From Balanoglossus misakiensis (taxonomy: Eukaryota > Animalia > Hemichordata), in assembly GCA_040954595.2 (NCBI GenBank), contig CM082577.2:10720906-10750280 (forward strand): a stretch of 29,375 nucleotides of DNA. Direction: 5' to 3'. Under the pieces are notes generated by a model. The model did no database searches. It saw nothing but the letters and a program-made list of their open reading frames with translations, and was not told where the DNA came from. The translations under genes and the position numbers were made by a program. Shown in pieces: positions 24,931-29,375 of this stretch. The stretch's first letter is position 1, and each line of letters begins with the position of its first letter.

Positions 24931-25218
24931 GCGAGATCTCGCGAGAATTGGTTACTTACCGAAGCAACAGGTTGCTGGCAAAGTAACTTGTGTGCCCTTT
25001 AACGCGATTGACCATGTCTTGCTTGTCCTCACATGAGAACACCCTCCCATATGAACTGCTGGGCCGCTGGCATGCGAGATCTCGCGGAGTCTCGTGAGGT
25101 TTGGGAAATTCGTTTTTTTTGATGCAATATTTCACTTTTTATTAAAATTGCGGGAATTTTTGACTGTTAAGTGTACCAGTTGCAGCTTTTGATATCGCGA
25201 ACATTTCCTGTCGCGAAA
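24931..25218. promoter_or_regulatory. Cluster of TCGCGA / TCTCGCGAGA (CGCG-element) motifs
   Basis: TCTCGCGAGA 24937-24946, GCGAGATCTCGCG 25074-25086, TCGCGA at 25195 and 25211, surrounding the candidate first exon. Confidence 0.45.
24960..25015 (-). CDS. Candidate first coding exon of the uncharacterised gene
   Basis: gacATGG start, MVNRVKGHTSYFASNLLL, consensus phase-2 donor CG|gtaagt. This matches the single C after the 20560 acceptor (CG+C = Arg) and gives a 150-aa product. Confidence 0.5.
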
Positions 25219-26404
25219 ATACATACATACATACATACATACTTCTGTGACATATCTGGAGTCATTTTTGCAACATGGATTGCTCACCATGAAACTTGAG
25301 AACTTTATTGTTGGCGTTATATATATGTACACTTTTTATTAAAACTATCAAAACATTGGACGGTTTCTCTTTTTAATAAAATAGCATTGTGAATATAATT
25401 ATGTACATACCAAACCACAGGAAAAGAGCAGAAAAATTCATTGAAAGGCTTTACAAATAAAAGCTTAATAGAACAGATACATCGGATGTACAAGCTGATA
25501 TTTATATGAAATTGATAATGGAGCACTTTTATATTTGTACAGAACTGTGATTAACTCAGGAACTTCAAAAGGAGGGGGAACACGTCCATCAGCCAAGTCG
25601 ACTTTTGGGGGAATAAATAAGTCATTTGCATAATATGTAAATTTTTGAAGAGTAGTCTACCTGGTACAAAAGTGTCACAATAATCTAGACACTTGCTAGA
25701 CATCAAATCTCGCAATTTAAAGAACAAATAAATTACTGGCGATGAACATAAGAGAAAAAAAATCACATTCTCAGTTTTTCCAAATGTTACATTCCAGGGA
25801 AAATAAGCTGAGGACCTGTCTAATTCCAGCAATGTCAACCTTTTCCTGCACATTCCATCATTACCGACAAGATTGGATCTTCTATTAAACAAGACATCTA
25901 TCAACACTGCAGGGTTCAAATTGAATATATACTAGTTACCAAGTTATGCACAGTGATGTGGTGGTTTATCAAAATGGATTCATTCCTGTAAGTGTGCAGT
26001 GACACAAAATGGTTAAATATGACTTTGGTCATATATTAATTAACCTCAATTTCACTTGGATTTAGCGTCATCATTTTATTATGAGGAAAATGTTCACTAG
26101 ATTTGACATTAAACACAAATTTCCAATAAAACAAATATAATTCAATGGTGAATTTTACATTAGTGTAAAATTTACTCTCATATTTTTATTCAAAGAAAAA
26201 AATGACAGTAAAATTAATTCAACAAGTCATTGTCAATGACACAGTTAGTAAGTATCAACACAATTACAGCATGACAAATTCTTATCAAAATGGCATCCGG
26301 GTTGGATTGCATAGTGAAATAAAGTGATGTTCATCATAGTATAAGCTGTTCTGTTGTCAACACTGAAAGAAATCAGCTCTAACATGCCTGAGTAATGGCC
26401 AGTT

Positions 26405-26438
<34 letters not shown>
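26405..26438. repeat. (GACA)n tetranucleotide repeat
   Basis: Direct reading. Confidence 0.9.
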
Positions 26439-26439
<1 letters not shown>

Positions 26440-26628
26440 CAACAGACACAGTCTAATCCAAGAGTCTCCCACACTAAGTCCACTGGAACTGCTTTTTATG
26501 GGATCACAGTGGGTGGTAAAATACATGTTGTGGAGTGCTGGCAGATCTCCAGGGTCTAATGGGGTATTATATGTACACATCGCAGCAGGAGGCAAAATGC
26601 AATTAAGATGAATCCACCAATTTTTCCT

Positions 26629-26706
26629 GTTTAAATTCCAGGCTCTGACAGGTCCATTATTATTAGCTCAAAGGAAATGTCTTTGTTGGCAACGGCCACA
26701 CTAACT
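26629..26706 (-). other. Possible terminal exon start of a gene entering from the right edge
   Basis: Strong acceptor ttctcttcttctctttcag| at 26707-26708. All frames stop within ~25 codons, followed by AT-rich UTR-like DNA with minus-strand AATAAA near 25303-25340. No homology recognised. Confidence 0.25.
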
Positions 26707-27765
26707 CTGAAAGAGAAGAAGAGAATATAAAGCATGAGTTTGCGCTACTTTGCCTGGGAATGATTAAGGGTCAGCATGTGGAAATCACCAACATGTCTGT
26801 CAAAGATGTGCGTATTGTTGCAGAATTTACCTTCATACATACATACATACATACATACTGTATTTCACAGAATGATTAATCATGGACGTCTCCATCGCAT
26901 GTCCATGATTTAAGGGCAGCGTGTCAGAATAGAGACAAATATAACATACTGAAGTACAATCTCCTGACAAACAATTTGTTGTCACTACAAGGACACTCTC
27001 ACGACTAGACTACATTTGTATCTCTGATCACACGTCATCGTTATTGAGGTGTACCCAGAAATGTTCAAGTGCCATGAAGTGGTATTCCCAATTTGTCAAA
27101 ATTGTAAAACTCAAGAATAGGGTCTATTATGCTTCTTCTTTTCCATGTGAAATTATGCACAAATTGGATATAAAATGGACAAGAACAGTTGGATTGATTA
27201 TGTTTGTTTTTTTATTTATTGTGATTGACCCTTTCTAAGTATTGATTGTCATTCCATGTATTCCTTTGTATCTGTTAACTTGTGTGTGTGTGTGTCTCTC
27301 TCTTTCTCTCTCTGTTACTTTTTTTTCCAGATTGTGGTCTCTAAATCTTCTTGACTGATTGATTGAATGATCAATTGATTGGTTTATCCCGGCCACACAA
27401 TCCACAGTCATTTGATCAACGTATACTTTGTGCAACCAAATTTCCTATTTCAGGTAGAGTTAGTGCAACTTCAATTACCCACCACGTAACTTTAATATGT
27501 CTTTGATGAGTGTGAGTATATTTTGTTCACACAAAGACAAACACGCATAATGCAAGAACATATTGGTTGCTCAAAAGTCACATTAACTTTATTCAAATGC
27601 GTTTGCCGCTGTGTTTACCATTAATGTTGGGAAATTGAGCACGAATAAATAGGTTTCCCTCATTACCAACAGGCTCATTAAACCGATCCTATTATGGCTT
27701 TGGTTGTCTAATGACAATGCCACTCTTGAAACAAGCATGATTTACCAGTATAACACTACCATTAA

Positions 27766-28112
27766 AGGGACAAAGTCTCTCTCTCGCTGCCCTTTTTTCC
27801 ATTAATTATATTTGATACAAGACACCGTTTGTTATTCTACATGTGGATATATAGTGAATGAACGTTCAACCACACACAACTTCCATCCCTCTTATAGACA
27901 GGAGAGTGAAAAAACTCGCCAAAATGAATAATCGTTCTTTACCATTTATTCATTTTGGGTGAGTTTTTACTCTTATATCATACAAGTGGGATGGAAGTTG
28001 TGTGTGGTTGAACATTTATTCACTATATATCCACATGTACATTAACATAACCAGTGTCTTGTACCAAACATAACTAATGGAAAAGGGGCAGCTGGAGAGA
28101 GACTTTGTCCCT
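27766..28112. mobile_element. Palindromic MITE family A, copy 3
   Basis: TTAA|AGGGACAAAGTCTCTCTC ... GAGAGAGACTTTGTCCCT|TTAA; 347 bp, same length as copy 1. Confidence 0.93.
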
Positions 28113-28712
28113 TTAATTAATATATGTTCATGATTTAAATGTCATACAATGATACATGGGTGGGGTGGGGGCCGGGGGTGGGGTGAGGTGAAATAAGTTT
28201 TTTTTTCTTCAAATGACATCCATGTACCCAAATCAAGCGTATACCTGACTGAGGCGGGGGTTATTGCTATTATATTATATCACTATTGATTTTGTGGCAT
28301 TTTTTTATGAAACAGCGTCAAAAAAAAGATGTGACGAACGTGAACCAGATGGCACAAAGTGACAAGACGGGCATCGCGCATGGCAAAGTGCCAAATATTT
28401 CCATAGAGCAGTTCCAAAATAAAATGTCCGTAAATTCAAAAGTGTTTTTATTTTATTTAATTGGTTTAACTCCACACGACTGTGGTTTAACCGCACATTT
28501 TACCATCGGTGGATTGAGCTCTCGTCCAGTCAGAATGGCGCACGGTAGCATGATATAATATAATTCCTGATATACACAACTCGCCTGGTATAATAACACA
28601 GCTGATCACTTTTTATGAAAATGTTCACAATGCCCTAACTTCCTATCTGCGTTAAAAGATAGAATATTTAGTCCCAACACCGAAAGGCCCACAGATGCAT
28701 TTGAAAGTTTAA

Positions 28713-28903
28713 AGGTATACGGTCACCGATGGAAAATAAGTTAAAGTTACCATGGCAAATTGAGATCTTGCCAATCACAGATTTTCAGGGGGTGGCACAC
28801 ACGAAAAAAAAAAGCGCCACCATATGTTCTTTAGATGAGAACGCTCAAATACAGCATTTCAGCCATATATGGGCGTATTCAAATTGGAGGTGACTGTATA
28901 CGT
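28713..28903. mobile_element. Short TTAA-flanked MITE (Kolobok/T2-like)
   Basis: TTAA|AGGTATACGGTCACC ... GGTGACTGTATACGT|TTAA (15-bp TIR, 2 mismatches). Confidence 0.8.
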
Positions 28904-29241
28904 TTAATTTGTGCACGTTTCTCACAAAGCAATCAGAAGATGTACAATTAGAATCACTACACATGTCTCAGCCAACGTGTGTATACTGTGGGCTTCAAAC
29001 TTTGGTGCCCCTCAGGGAACAGAACGCAGAGACATAGAACATACACAGGTATTGGGTTATAATTCTACTGTGGATTTTTGCCCCTGCGCGACAACATATA
29101 AATGTCAATTTTACACAGTATTCACAAAATTAGGAAAACGAGTCGTGACCACTTGACCATGTATATCGTCTGTTTACAATTTTTCAATGGCTTCCATAAA
29201 AGTTTCTGAGAAAGGAGGACAATTGTGATCAAAGAAATTAA

Positions 29242-29326
29242 CCCTTTCACCCCCAGTTCCCTCTTTAGAGGTCCAACCTTACCATAGAAAACAATGGGTT
29301 TGGACTGAACCATGGTGCTGAAAGGG
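29242..29326. mobile_element. 85-bp piggyBac-like miniature element
   Basis: TTAA|CCCTTTCA ... TGAAAGGG|TTAA. CCC/GGG termini with a TTAA TSD are piggyBac-type. An isolated similar end lies at ~14458-14469. Confidence 0.75.
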
Positions 29327-29375
29327 TTAAGGGTATGGGATAAGAAATAAACTTTTTGACATAAACATTTCTCTG

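Overview
AT-rich eukaryotic (metazoan) genomic DNA with spliceosomal introns. The gene and repeat content looks like a marine invertebrate, but the organism cannot be fixed from sequence alone. Well-supported genes are a complete 4-exon fascin (+, 9295-13254, 489 aa), a complete RPL38 (-, 4 coding exons, 70 aa) convergent with it, and the first two coding exons of a death-effector-domain (DED) gene (-, 4007-3257). Less routine features are a two-exon stathmin-domain gene broken by a 1-nt frameshift with a 26-codon histone H3 fragment just upstream, an unidentified 131/150-aa gene (-), and a probable heavily decayed Mab-21/cGAS-like nucleotidyltransferase relic between RPL38 and an orphan RFX/ETS promoter. 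At least five families of miniature inverted-repeat transposons are present: four TTAA-targeting families and one with 220-bp TIRs and a 9-bp TSD inside an RPL38 intron. There are also several microsatellites. Most short ORFs in the supplied track are spurious. No clearly new multi-gene system is demonstrable; the best leads are ranked in findings.
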